Source: the human T2T-CHM13v2.0 reference genome, Homo sapiens. From it: a stretch of DNA of 64,000 bases. Both the position numbers and the translations under genes were made by a program. Shown in pieces: positions 31,607-53,846 of this stretch (its first letter is position 1; each line of letters starts with the position of its first letter). The notes beneath the pieces were generated by a model. It saw only the letters and a program-made list of their open reading frames with translations. It had not been told where the DNA came from and searched no databases. The stretch lies in assembly GCF_009914755.1 (NCBI RefSeq), contig NC_060935.1; one strand, given 5' to 3'.

Positions 31607-31997
31607 TCATCATGATCAAGTGGGATTTACCACGAGGATGCAAGGATCTCTCAACATACTCAAATCAGTCAATAGAATGAAGGACAAAAACCATATGATT
31701 ATTTCAAGTAATGCCGAAAAAGCATTTGATAAGATTCAACATCCCTTCAGGCTGAAACCTCTCAAAAAACTGGGTATGGTAGGAACATATCTCAACATAA
31801 TAAAACTCATATTTGCAAGACCCACAGCTAATATCATACTGACTGGGGAAAAACTGAAAGCCTTTTATCTTTAATCTGAAACATGACAAGGATGCCCACT
31901 TTCACCACAGTAATTCAACGTAGTACTGAAGTCCTAGCTAGGGCAATCAGACAAGAGAAAGAAATAAAGGGCAGCCAAGGCTGGGCATGGTAGCTCA

Positions 31998-32234
<237 letters not shown>

Positions 32235-32609
32235 TCAGGAGGCTGAGGCAGGAGAACTGCTTGAACCTAGGAGGCAGAGGAAGGTTGCAGTGAGCTGAGA
32301 TCACACACCACTGCACTCCAGCCTGGGTGACAGGGTGAGACTCTGTCTAAATAAATAAATAAATAGCATCCAAATTGGAAACGACTAACTCAAATTATCC
32401 TTGTCTGCTGACATATTTAAAAAACCTGAAGTCTCCACAAAAAACTACTAGAATTCATCAGCAAATTCAATAAAGTGGCAAGATACAAAATCAACATACA
32501 AAAATCAGTAGCATTTCTATATGCCAACAGTGAACAATCTGAAAAAGAAACAAAAAATATAATCCCATTTACAGTAATCACACATAAAGTTCAATACCTA
32601 GGAATTATT

Positions 32610-35600
32610 GTAGCTCTCTGCAACATTGAACTCCTTGGTTCAAATGATCCTCCTGCTTCAGCCTCCCATGTAGCTGGGACTACAGGCATGTGCCACCACA
32701 TCCAGCTATTTTTTTAAATTATATTTAGGGATGGGATCTCATTATGTTGCCCAGGCTGATCTCAAACTCCTGGCCTCAAGTGATCCTCCCATCTCAGCCT
32801 CCTGAGTAGCTAAAAATACAGTCATGAGCCACCACATCCAGCCATAGATATACAATTATTGGTTTATGCTATTATCTTTTAAAAGTTTAGAAAAAAGAGA
32901 AGAGTTACAAACCAAAAATAGGTAGTTCTTTGATGAGTGATTTTTTTATGTCTTTGTCTGGGTTCAAGTTATTGTCTAATGTCCCTTCATTTCAGCTTGA
33001 AGAAGTCCCTTTGTCATTTTTTGTAGGTAAGGTCTACTAGAGATAAACTCAGTTTTTGTCAGTCTAAGAATGTCTTAAATTCTCCTTCATATTGGAAAGA
33101 TAGTTTGGCCAGATACAAAATTCTTGTGGATTATTCAATTACTTTGAAGATGTCATCCCATTGCTCTCTGGCTTCCATGATTTCTGATGAAAAATTAGCT
33201 GTTAACTTATTGAGGCTCTCTTGTACATAAGTCACTTCACTGTTGCTACTTTTAAGATTATTTTTGCTTTTAATAGTTTAATTATAACTTATCTTGGTGT
33301 GGCTCTCTGTTATCTTACATGGAGTTTGTTGAGCTTCTTTGATGTATAGCTTTATGTCTTTTGTCAAATTTCGAAAGTTTTAAACCATTATTTCCTTAAG
33401 CATTCTTTCTGTCCCTTTCTCTCCTCTCTTCTGGGACTCCAACTATGCATAACAGTCCCACAGGTTTCTGAGGCTCTGCTCATTTTCATTCATTCATTTT
33501 CCTGATCTTCAGCATAATCTCAACTGACCTATTTTCAGTTTCATGAATTCTTTCTTTTGCCTGCTCAAATGTGATTTGCACACTTCTTGTGAATTTCTCA
33601 TTTCAGTTATTATGCTTCTCAACACCATAATTTCTCTTTGGTTCCTTTTTATAACTTCTACATCTTTGCTGATATTCACTATTTGGTGAGACATCAGTCT
33701 CATGGTTTCCTTATTTGCAAATTGTTTCCTTTAGCTGTTTGAGAATATTTAAAATAATTGATATAAAATCTTTGTCTAGTGAATCCAATGTCTGAGCTTC
33801 CTCAGGAATAGTTTCTATTAATTTCCTTTTCTCCTGTCCATGGGCCATATGTTCTCATTTCTTTATACTTGTTGAATATCTGATACTTTGACAAGTATAA
33901 TGTGAAATCTCTGGAAATCAGAATCTTCAACCTTCTCTGGGGTTTTTTGTTGCTTCTTGTTGTAGTTGTTTTGTTTAGTTAGTGACTTTTCTAAACAAAT
34001 TTTGTAAAGTCTGTATTCTTCGTCACATGTAGCTACTGAATTCTGTCCCATGAACTTAGTAGTCATCTAATAGTTCAACAGAGATTTCCTTAAATGCCTA
34101 GAATCAACACAAATCAAACAACAACAACAACAACAAAAACCTCCCAGTCTTTGTAAATGGGCTTCGTATATGTTGAGCATGCCTTCAACATACAGTTTAC
34201 AACTTCCTTAGTCCTCAATTCCTGCTTACACAGATCCTAAAAGTCATTCCGAGAAGAAAACTTGAGGTCTTTCTCAGGTTTTTTTTTTTAGTATGCACTC
34301 AGTCCTGGGCATGCAGTTGGCCTTCTAGATTACCAGGAATATGTGGGTACTTTTCAAAGCGTATTCCCCAAAATAACTCTTTCCCCAGCCTTTCTTCCTC
34401 AGCTTTTTGGTTACTCTATTGTTTGCCCCAACTATTATGCCTTTCCCCAGGTGGCAGCAATAAAAACATTTGCTTTTAAATGTTTCCAAACTATACCTCC
34501 AGGGTAGCCATCTCATCTGTGAGAAAGTTCTGAGTTAAACAAACTAATGGCAAGCCTTTTATGTAATACTTCATGGAAGCACCAGACAGGTCAAAGCCAC
34601 AGTTCTTTGGGAATAAGGTCCATGCTGCTCCCACTTGTACTATGTACCTGTAGCTGGAATGTCAGCTGTCTTTAAAACCACCACCAAGATGGGAAATGAG
34701 GAAAACCTGAGTAAGTTAAAGTGTTACAAAGTTATTTTACAGAGATTCAAGGTTTTATTTAATTATTATTAAATATTTCCCTGGTTGCTGTAAGCTTTTG
34801 ATTAGTTTCAAGTTTTAAAAAACTCGATCTTCAAATTTTTTGCCAGTTTTTGTGGAGGGATGGACTTTGGGACTTCTCTACTCCACCATTTTTGTTTATG
34901 TTACTCAGCATTAACTGATTATATAAAGTTAAAACGATTTTACATTCCTCAGAGGAAAGTCCACTTGGTCGTGATGAATTATTCTTTCTACATATTTGGA
35001 TTTGTTAGACTTTTCTAAATTTTTTAATTTGTTTTTGTAAGGAGTATTGATCTGTGAGTTTGAGTTTCTTCCTTATAATGTTGTTGTATGTATGGTTTTG
35101 GTGTCAGAGTAATGCTAGCCTCATCTACCCCCATCATAAATTTTCTGGAAGAGTTTCTGTCTGATTAGTATTATTTCTCCTTTAAATGTTTGGTAGAATT
35201 TGCCAGTGAAGCTATCTGGCACTGGAATTTTCTTTGAGAAGATTTTGACTTACAAAACCAATTGCTTTAATGAATATATAGATACTAAGGTTATTCATTT
35301 CTTCTTAAGTAAGCTCTGGTAGTGTCTTTTAAGAAATTGATTTCAATTTCATCTAAGCTATTGAATCCATAGGCATAAAGTTCTTCTATTATCCTTTTAG
35401 TATCTGTAGAATATTCATGTATTTCTTTTATCTTTTTTCCTTATCACTCTGACTAGATGTTTATCAACATTATCAATATCAAAGAACCAATTTTGATTTC
35501 ACTGATTTTTTCTTACTGTTTTTCTGTTCTCTATTTCATTAATTTTCATTTTGATCTTTATTGTTTCTTTCCACATGGTTAGTTTGGGTTTAGTTTGCTT

Positions 35601-35820
35601 GTCTTTCTCTATTTCATAATGTGGATCTAAAGTGATGGATTTGAGAGTTTTCTTGTTCTCTAATGCAGGTTTTCAGTCATATAAACTTCCCTATAGGGAC
35701 TAATTGAACAGCATTCCTCAAGTTTTAACATGTTATGTTTTCATTTTCTTTCCATTTAAATTGACCTTCTAATTTCTTTTTAAAATCTATTTATTTAGAA
35801 GTATATTATTTAGCTTTCAA
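32610..35820 (-). mobile_element. Partial AluJ (32610-32843) followed by old antisense L1M fragments (ORF1/5'UTR and ORF2)
   Basis: Antisense Alu; ORF1-like remnant at 33509-33703 (NISKDVEVIKRNQREIMVLRSIITEMRNS). Confidence 0.7.
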
Positions 35821-35866
35821 ATTGTGTTAGGCTATTCTTGCATTGCCATAAAGAAATATCTGAAAC

Positions 35867-42180
<6,314 letters not shown>

Positions 42181-44215
42181 AAGAAATATCTGAAACTGTG
42201 TAATTTATAATGAAAAGAGGTTTACTTGTGTCACAATTCTGCAGGCTGCACAGAAATCATGGTGCCAGCATCTGCTTATCTTCTGGGGAGGCCCCACGAG
42301 CTTTTACTTATGGCAGGTGAAGCGGTACCAGACGTGTCACATGGCGAGAATGGGAGCAAGAGGTGCGTAAGGTGCCACACACTTTTAAACAACCAGATCT
42401 AATGAGTACTCACTCACTACCATGAGGACAGCACCAAGCCATGAGGGATCTGCCCCCATGACCCAAACACATCCCACCAGGCCCCACCTTCAACTTTGGG
42501 GAATACAATTCAAAATGGGATTTGGTGGTGACATATATTCAAACTATATCATTCCATTCCTGGCCCCTCAGAGCTCATGTTCTTCTCACACTGCAAAAAA
42601 ATAAAAATAAATTAAAAAAAATACAATCATGGCTTCCCATTAGTCCCCCAAAGTCTTAACTCTCCAGCATTAATTCAAAAGTTCCCAGTCCCAAGTCCAA
42701 ATCCAAAGTCTCATCTAAGACAAAGCAAGTACTTTCTAACCATGAGCCTGTAAACTAAAATACAAGTTATTTACTACTAAGATACAATGGGAGTATTGGC
42801 ATAGAGTAAACATTTCTGTTCCAAAAGGGAGAAACTGGCCAAAAGAAATGGGTTACAGGCCCCATGAAAGTTTGAAAAAACCAGCAGAGCATTCATTAAA
42901 CCTTAAAGCTCCAAAATAATTTCCTCTGACTCCATGTCCCACATCCCTGGCACACTAGTGCAAAAGGTGGGCTCCCAAGGCCTTGGACAGCTCCACCCCT
43001 GTGGCTTTGCAGGATGCAGCCCCCACAGCTGCTCTCATGCACTAGAGCTAAGTGCCTGTGGCTTTTCTGGGAACAAGGTGCAAGCTGTCAGTGGATCTGT
43101 CATTCTTGGGTCTGCAGAATAGTGGCCTCACAGCTCCGCTAGGCAATGCCCCAGTAGGGACTCTGTGTTGGGGTTCTATCCCCACATTTCTCCTCTGTAC
43201 TGTTGTACCCTGCAGTAGGCTTCTGCCTGGGCACCTAAGCTTTCTCATACATTCTCTGAAATCTTGGTGGAGGCTGCCAAGCCTTCGCTCTTGCACTCTG
43301 CGTGCTGACAGGCTTAACACCATGTGAAAACCACCAAGGCCTACAGCTCACATTCTCCAAGGTGGTAGGTCGAGCTGCACCTGGGCCCCATTGGGCCCCA
43401 GCTAGAGCTGCAGCAGCCATGATGCGGAAGGTTGTGTCTCAAGGCTGCACAGGGCAGTGGGGTCCTGTGCCTGGCCCATAAAAGCATTCTTGCCTTCTAG
43501 ACCTCTGGGTCTGTGATGGAAGGGGTTGCCACAAAGGTCTCTGAAATGCCTTCAAGGCCTTTTCCTAATTGTCTTGGCTATTAGCACATGGTTCCCTTTT
43601 AGTTATGCAAATATCTCTAGCAAGTGGTTGAATTCCTCTTCCCAAAAAATCTTTTTCTTTCTTTGCCACATGGCTAGGCCACAAATATTCCAAATCTTTA
43701 TGCTCTGCTTCCCTTTTCAATATAAATTCCATCTTTAAGTCATTCCTTTGCTCCTGTATCTGAGAGTAGGCCACATCTTCAACACACTGCTGCTTAGAAA
43801 TTTCTTCTGCCAGATACCCCTATGTCATCACTCTCAAGCTCAAACTTCCACAGATCTCTAGGGCATGGACACAATACACAATACAGCCAAGTTCTTTGAT
43901 AAGGTATCTCAAGAGTGAACTTTATTCCAGTTCCTAATAAGTTCCTCATTTCAATCTGAGACCTCAGCAGCCTGGACTTCACTGTCCATATCATTATCAG
44001 CATTTTGTTCACAGCAATTTACTGGTCTCTAAGAAGTTATAAACTTTCCCTCATTTTCCTGTCTTCTGTCCCTCAAAACTCTTCCAATCTCTGCTCATTA
44101 CCAAATTCCAGAGTTGCTTCCACATTTTCAGGTAGCTTTATAGCAAAGCCTTACTCCTCAGTATCAATTTTCTGTGTTAGGCTATTCTTGCATTGCTATA
44201 AAGAAATATTTGAGA

Positions 44216-44651
<436 letters not shown>

Positions 44652-44834
44652 TTACTCATGGCAGAAGGTAAAGCAGGAGCACGCATCTCACATGGGAGAA
44701 CAGGAGCAAGAGAGAGAGTGGGTGGAAGGATGTGCCACACACTTTAAACAACCAGATCTATGAGAACTCATTCACTACCATGATGATGGCATCAAATCAT
44801 CAAGGATCTGCCCCCATGACCAAACACCTCCTTA

Positions 44835-46960
<2,126 letters not shown>

Positions 46961-47275
46961 GAACCAGACACTAATGTCTTGATTTTAGTAGTCCTAGCAG
47001 CATGCTTGGCATTCACTGAATAAATAAATAAATGTCCACCTAAATTTAAATATTTAAAAAGTTTACTACGTAAATAGCCTTAACTGAGTTCAATAGGTTT
47101 TGGTATAAAATGCTTTGCTTTTAAGTACATTCTAGATAATTTATATTTATTTGTTTTGGTTTCCAATTAAGAAGATTGTTTACCTTATAAATCATTAAAA
47201 TTTTAGAGAGGTCATCATTTGTTTATTTCTATATTTAATGAGTTTTATCAGAGATTGTGCATCTCTGAAATTTAA

Positions 47276-47604
<329 letters not shown>

Positions 47605-48908
47605 TTGTCCCATGATTTTTTTCCATGCATGAAGTGTTTTTATCTTCTCTGAGTGTGCTAAGAGATACATCATTCCTCTCTCTGTGGCTTATGACATAAA
47701 CTCAAGGATCTGAATCACCAGGGATCTTAGCCCATAAAGCTTAAAATTCTGTTTTCTCTCCAGACTATTATCTCTTTCATCGGTTTTATAGAACCCATTT
47801 TAAAATTCAAAGCCAAGATTTTGACTCTTTATTCTTGCTTAGTTCTTTTCTGTTTCCCCTTTGCTGAAGCAAAAAAATCTGTCTCAGAATCTAGTTTTAA
47901 TAGTATAAGGGATACAAGCAAGGTAAAACAGAATTGTCAAAAAGGAAAACTTTCTATAACATTTCAAAATAGTACCCCACTATATGTTTTGAAAATTGTA
48001 CTTTTTTAAAAATCTCATTACATGACTTAATTCCTTGGCTTTTCATGCGATGCAAGGAAACATTCTGTCTTTGGAGGGTAAAAGAATTGGCATTGCTGGC
48101 CATTTCCAAGTTGGGTTACCTGGGACAAGTTACTTAAACTCTATTACATCATTTGTAAAGTGGGAATAATAATTTGTGGGCTGTGAGTATTAAATTGGTT
48201 GTTATATGTCAAGTACCTGCCACCATAAATGACATATAGTAACACGTTGATTATTGTTAGGCTTTAGTAAGGAAATACTTTTTTAAAAATCCATAAGTGA
48301 TTCAAATAGAGGTCAAAGGCTTCATTCAGCTAATGTGCATTAGGAAGCATCTGAAGATTAGGTAACTCCCCAATGGAAGCAGGATCAGAACGTCTACAGG
48401 ATAGGGGAAACTACGAGTCCTTGCAGTCTTGACTTGGGCAGCAGGTTTTTTTGTTCTTTGTTTCTTTTTTACTTTAACTGAAACTCAAAATTGAGGATCA
48501 TTCCTGTTTTCATGACCCTCCTTGGAGTTAGTTGGCACAATCCTGATAACCATCAGAACGGTATTGTCTGAGAATTGTTTCTGCAAGTTACTTAATGTAT
48601 TAGATAATCAAAGTTCACAAGGCAGCAGAGGAAGCTAGCTAAAAGAAAGAAAAGGTGACAAAAGTAGAAGGCAAGGGAGAAACTGCGGACACTGTCTTGT
48701 TTGTTTTAGACCATTTACAAAGGCAAGCAAATTAAGGAATATCAGAATGATGTTTCCATTAGGGAGAATTCACTTATAGTGGAAAGAGGCAACCAAATCA
48801 AAGCATCAAAGAGAAAGATTTTTTCTTCTGAGACTTTTATCTAACTTCATGATTACAAAAGTAATACATTTAAAGAATAAAACAGAAGTGTAAAGAAGGG
48901 AAAAAACT

Positions 48909-49200
<292 letters not shown>

Positions 49201-49440
49201 AAGGGAAAAACAAAGCAAAACACCATCACTCAAGATAATAATCATTAACCTTTTAGATTACATCTCTCTGGTTTTTCTATGTATTTGTAAACCAGATGCA
49301 TCTACTCCCTCATTGGCTGGCTCTGAAGTCCTAAAAAATATTTCTCCACTTACCTCCCTGTTTAGGTTGTCCGTCTCTCTTTAAAAGAAAAAGAAAAAAG
49401 CTTTAGTAGTAATCAGTTAGACTTCACTGAAGTTTTGATT

Positions 49441-49490
<50 letters not shown>

Positions 49491-49493
49491 CGC
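49441..49493. repeat. (TG)n(CG)n microsatellite at the tail of an antisense Alu (49494-49742)
   Basis: Directly visible alternating purine-pyrimidine tract. Confidence 0.95.
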
Positions 49494-51638
49494 TTTCTGA
49501 GTCTTGCTCTGTCACCCAGGCAGTGGCGTGATCTCGGCTCACTGCAACCTCTGTCTCCAGGTTCAAGGGATTCTCCTGCCTCAGCCCCTAGTAGCTGGGA
49601 CTATAGGAATGCACCACCATGCCCAACTAATTTTTGTATTTTTAGTGGAGACAGGGTTTCGCCATGTAGGCCAGGCTGGTGATCCACCCACCTCGGCCTT
49701 CCAAAGTGCTGGGATTACAGGTGTGAACCACCGCACCTGGCCCACTGAAATTTTTTTAGTGAGCTTTCTCCACAGCTAACAAATTTAGAATCCCCCTTAG
49801 ATATTTTTATTCTCCCAAACCCCTCCTCAATGCAGCCTGCCCCAACCTCCTAAGAAGCTCTTCCTTTCTGCCTTTGCTCTCATTTGTCTCTCCCTGTAGA
49901 GGTATTCTCTAGGTCCCATATCCAAACTTACATAAACACAAAACAAAAGACTCTCTATTTAGAAGACAGTTTACCAACTTTTGAACTTGAATATCCAGCT
50001 TGGAGTCTGAAAAATCACTCCAAGCAGTTTATTAAGGATTTTCTCCAAATAAATAAGGGTTCTCCCCAAAAGGTGTTTTGGTGAATAATATATTTTTCAT
50101 ATCATTACATATAGATGTGTACACACACACACATTGTTTTTTCTTTTACAAAATCAGTATTGTCCTATTTATAAAGTTTTGTATCCTACTTTCATAGAAT
50201 ATAGTGAGCATTTTTCATTTTATTAGAGATTGTTTATAAACACTATTTTATATCTGCATAAAATTGCATCATATCATAAGCCACAATATTATGCATTACA
50301 CTGAATCATATGAAATTGATGTTTTTAAATGTTAGTAACAGTCAAATACTGGCACTTTCATATGATTCGTTCTAATAATTATTCTCTTACTGTTTGGCAT
50401 TTAGAGCATTTTCCACTTTTCATTTTCCATTCCCATTAATGATGTGATGGGTATACTTGTACACAAATCTTTTGTTATTTCTGGTTAATATTTTAAGCCC
50501 TATTCCTAGAAGTGAGGTTGAACTAGGTCAAATAGTAAACAATAAGAATAAGAATAAACTGCTTTCCATAAATGTTGTACCAATTCTTAGTCCCATTAGG
50601 AAGTATCTCCATCTTACCATACCCTGAACAGCATTATTGTCACTAAAAAATTGAGACCCAACAAATAGTATTTCTTTGGTGGTGATTTTTCCTCCAACTC
50701 ATTATTTATCTTTGGTGGTGATTTGATTTACCTTTCATTTATTTTATTGTAATTATTTGACTAATTTTCATGTTTATTCACTATATACAATCTTTTTGTG
50801 TGTGATTCTTCTAGTGATGTTTTCTATCCAGTTTTTTCATTAATATTATTTTCAAAATGAGGATCCTAATTCTCTATCATATCAGTTGTAAATATTTTAT
50901 GCCAATTTGAAATTTATCTTTTAATTTTAGGAATTTTTAATATATAGAAGCTTTAACTTTTCATGGAATCCATGTAATCCCATCGCTTTTTATATTTAAA
51001 TAGTTCCCTAAGACCAGAGTAAACTAAATGTTCTTTGTCACAATTTTCAACATAATAAAAGTTAACTTTATTCTAAAATTATACTCCTGGATGTAAATGT
51101 AATGGTTCCCAATATTAAATCATATGAACAAATGTATTTGTAAACCTCCTCATCATTAAGGAGCCAAAAACTTTCTAAGTCCATATTCTGATAGTACAGC
51201 AGAAGTATTATCTACATATAATGAGGAAAACACTAATAATTCACTCATAGATACCTGTCATTTTTTCTCCAACTCAAGTATGATTCAGTTCATGGCATCA
51301 ATTTCAATATTTATTTTAAGATAGTTTTTAGGTCCTAAAAAATAAATTCATGTAACATTCTATGCTAGAGAAGTAATTAATTCTCCTAGCTGAGCATTAC
51401 TCTTCATTTCTTCCCAAACCAAGTATCTAACTTGTTTTCAACAGAAATATATTTTTGACTTCTACCTAACACAGCAGATGAGTCCTGCCTATGAAAACCA
51501 TTAATCTATCCCTAACAGTCTCTTTCTATTCAGTATTGTCAAACTTAAGAAACAAGGATTTAGTATGTAAGGTCATGATTTTTGTACTGTAGGAGAAATA
51601 AAATGCATGCCAATCCTTTAAAAGTAAGGTACTTCTGG

Positions 51639-51938
51639 AGCCAGGCATGGTAGCTCACATCTGTAGTCCCAACAGTTTGGGAGGCCATGACAGGAGGATG
51701 GTTTGAGGCCAGGAATTCAGGACAAGCCTGGGCAACACAGAGAGACTGTGCCACTACAGAATCAAATTAGCCGGGTATGGTGGTGCATACCTGTAGCCCC
51801 AGCTATTCAGGAGGCTAAGACAGGAGGATCGCTTGAGCCCAGGAGTTTGAGGCTACAGTGAGCTATGATAGTGCCTCTGCACTCTAGCCTGGGCAACAGA
51901 ATAAGACCCTGTCTCTATAAAAAAATAAATAAATAAAA
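51639..51938 (+). mobile_element. AluJ
   Basis: ggaggatcgcttgagcccaggagtttgaggctacagtgagctatga J-type right arm. Confidence 0.88.
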
Positions 51939-52155
51939 GATCATTCCTAACCTCAGAAAAATACAGAGGTACTATTTACAAGAAAATTTTAAATCTTTAT
52001 GTAATAGTATTTATGTAATATTTCTGCATTTAAAATGTCAGAAGTCTTATTACTCATGCTGTCTTATATAACTGGCAAGTAGTAGGGAAAATGGATGGAC
52101 AAACATACCAAACACAGCACCTACCAAAGTTCATCTACCACTCTAAAATAACACA

Positions 52156-52498
52156 CAGTTAGTCCTCTATATCCACAGGTTCTGCATCCGTGCACTCAAC
52201 CAACAAAAGATCAAAAATGTTTGGGGAAAAAAAAGAATGGTTGTATCTGTACTGAACAAGTACAGACTTTTTCCTTCTCATTATTCCCTAAACAAACAGT
52301 ATAACAACTATATACATAGCATTTACATTGTATTAGGCATTATAAGTAATTTAGAGACAATGTTAAATACATGGGAGGATGTGCATAGGTTATATGCAAA
52401 TACTACACCATTTTATAAAAGAGGCTTGAGCATATGTGGGTTTTGGTATCCACAGGAGGTCTTGGAATCAATCCCCCACGGATACCAAGGGATGACTG
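52156..52498 (-). mobile_element. MER2 non-autonomous DNA transposon (TcMar-Tigger)
   Basis: TIR-like ends cagttagtcctctatatcc / ggataccaagggatgactg followed by TA; internal tacatagcatttacattgtattagg. Confidence 0.88.
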
Positions 52499-53100
52499 TA
52501 GTTCCCCAGAAAGAAGCCAGTTCTCTATATGTAATTCACCAAAGGAAAAAGATCTCTGAGGATTGCATCAGGGATAAAAAGAAGACTTTCATCAATGGAT
52601 ATTATTTCCATAGCTCCCATACACTGCTGTACTGAGACAGATTGCACAAAGGTGAATTCTGCATTTTATACTTAGCAAATCTAGAAATGAAAAAATAAAA
52701 TTCTATCCAACACAAAATAAGCAAAATTTTCATTAAATCTTAAGACCTAGTAATCTAAGAAGCCTAATAGAGAAGTTAATCAAAACTGGAATGTAAGCAT
52801 AATATAACAGAATAAAATACAGAAAAATGAGTGGAGTAAATGAAAATCAAAAACAGTATTTTCAAACCCAAAATAAATCACCATGCATTTTAATTTCATT
52901 TTAATCTACCTGTTGGATAAGTAACAGATTCATAGAAAGACAGGAAATACCAGACCACCATTATTGCCTGATGGCAAGAGACAGACTTAGCCCCTTCAAG
53001 GAGTTTGTGTTTCTACTGTTCTAAGAACACATGTGATATCTTAATTCTATTCAGGAAACACTGCAGTCTTTGTTGTGATATTTAGAAATAAACAGAATCC

Positions 53101-53430
53101 GGCCAGGCATGGTGGCTCAGGCCTATACTCCACTCTTTGGGAGACCTAGGCGGGCAGATTGCTTGGGGTCAGGAATTTGAGACCAGCCTGGCCAACATGG
53201 TGAGACCCCGTCTCTACCAATAAGAAAAAAAAAAACACACACACACACAATTAGCCAGGCCTGATGTTGCATGCCTATAATCCCAGCTACTTGAGAGGCT
53301 GAGGCAGGAGAATTGCTTGAACCTGGGAAGCAGACGTTGCAGTGAGTGAGCCAAGATCATGCCACTGCACTCTAGCCTGGTGACAGAGTGAATGAGACTT
53401 CATCCCAACAAATAAATGAATAAACAAACA
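53101..53430 (+). mobile_element. AluS with a (CA)n middle linker
   Basis: TSD aaataaacagaatcc / aaacaaacagaatcc. Confidence 0.9.
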
Positions 53431-53846
53431 AACAAACAGAATCCAACAACTACAAAGCCATTTAGTTGTAGTTTACTTAATAGTTTCCTATTTGTCATTT
53501 TAATGTTTAAGAAATGAACATTTTGAAAGGTGTTATTGATTATAAACAGAAATTTATCTCAGTCTACCTATTTAAAATCTAAATGTAACTCTAACCACAA
53601 ATGGTGGTTCAACAAATGGTAATGACAAGATTTTCCTTTTCACTCTTAAGTTCCGGTCTCAGTTCTTCCGCTAATTAAGTCATTAGATATATAACCTTGA
53701 ATGTGTCATCTAGTCTCTCTGAGCTTGAATTTCCTGATATGTAAAATAAAGACATTGCATTATATAATTTCAAATTATCTTCTAGCTATAAATATCAAAA
53801 TCTTATAACTATATTCATTTATCAAACACTCACTGAACATCAATTA

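Noticed and set aside
52237-52635. 132-aa plus-strand ORF
   Set aside because: Mostly MER2 sequence; the unique part is better explained as the antisense of a minus-strand exon-like segment.
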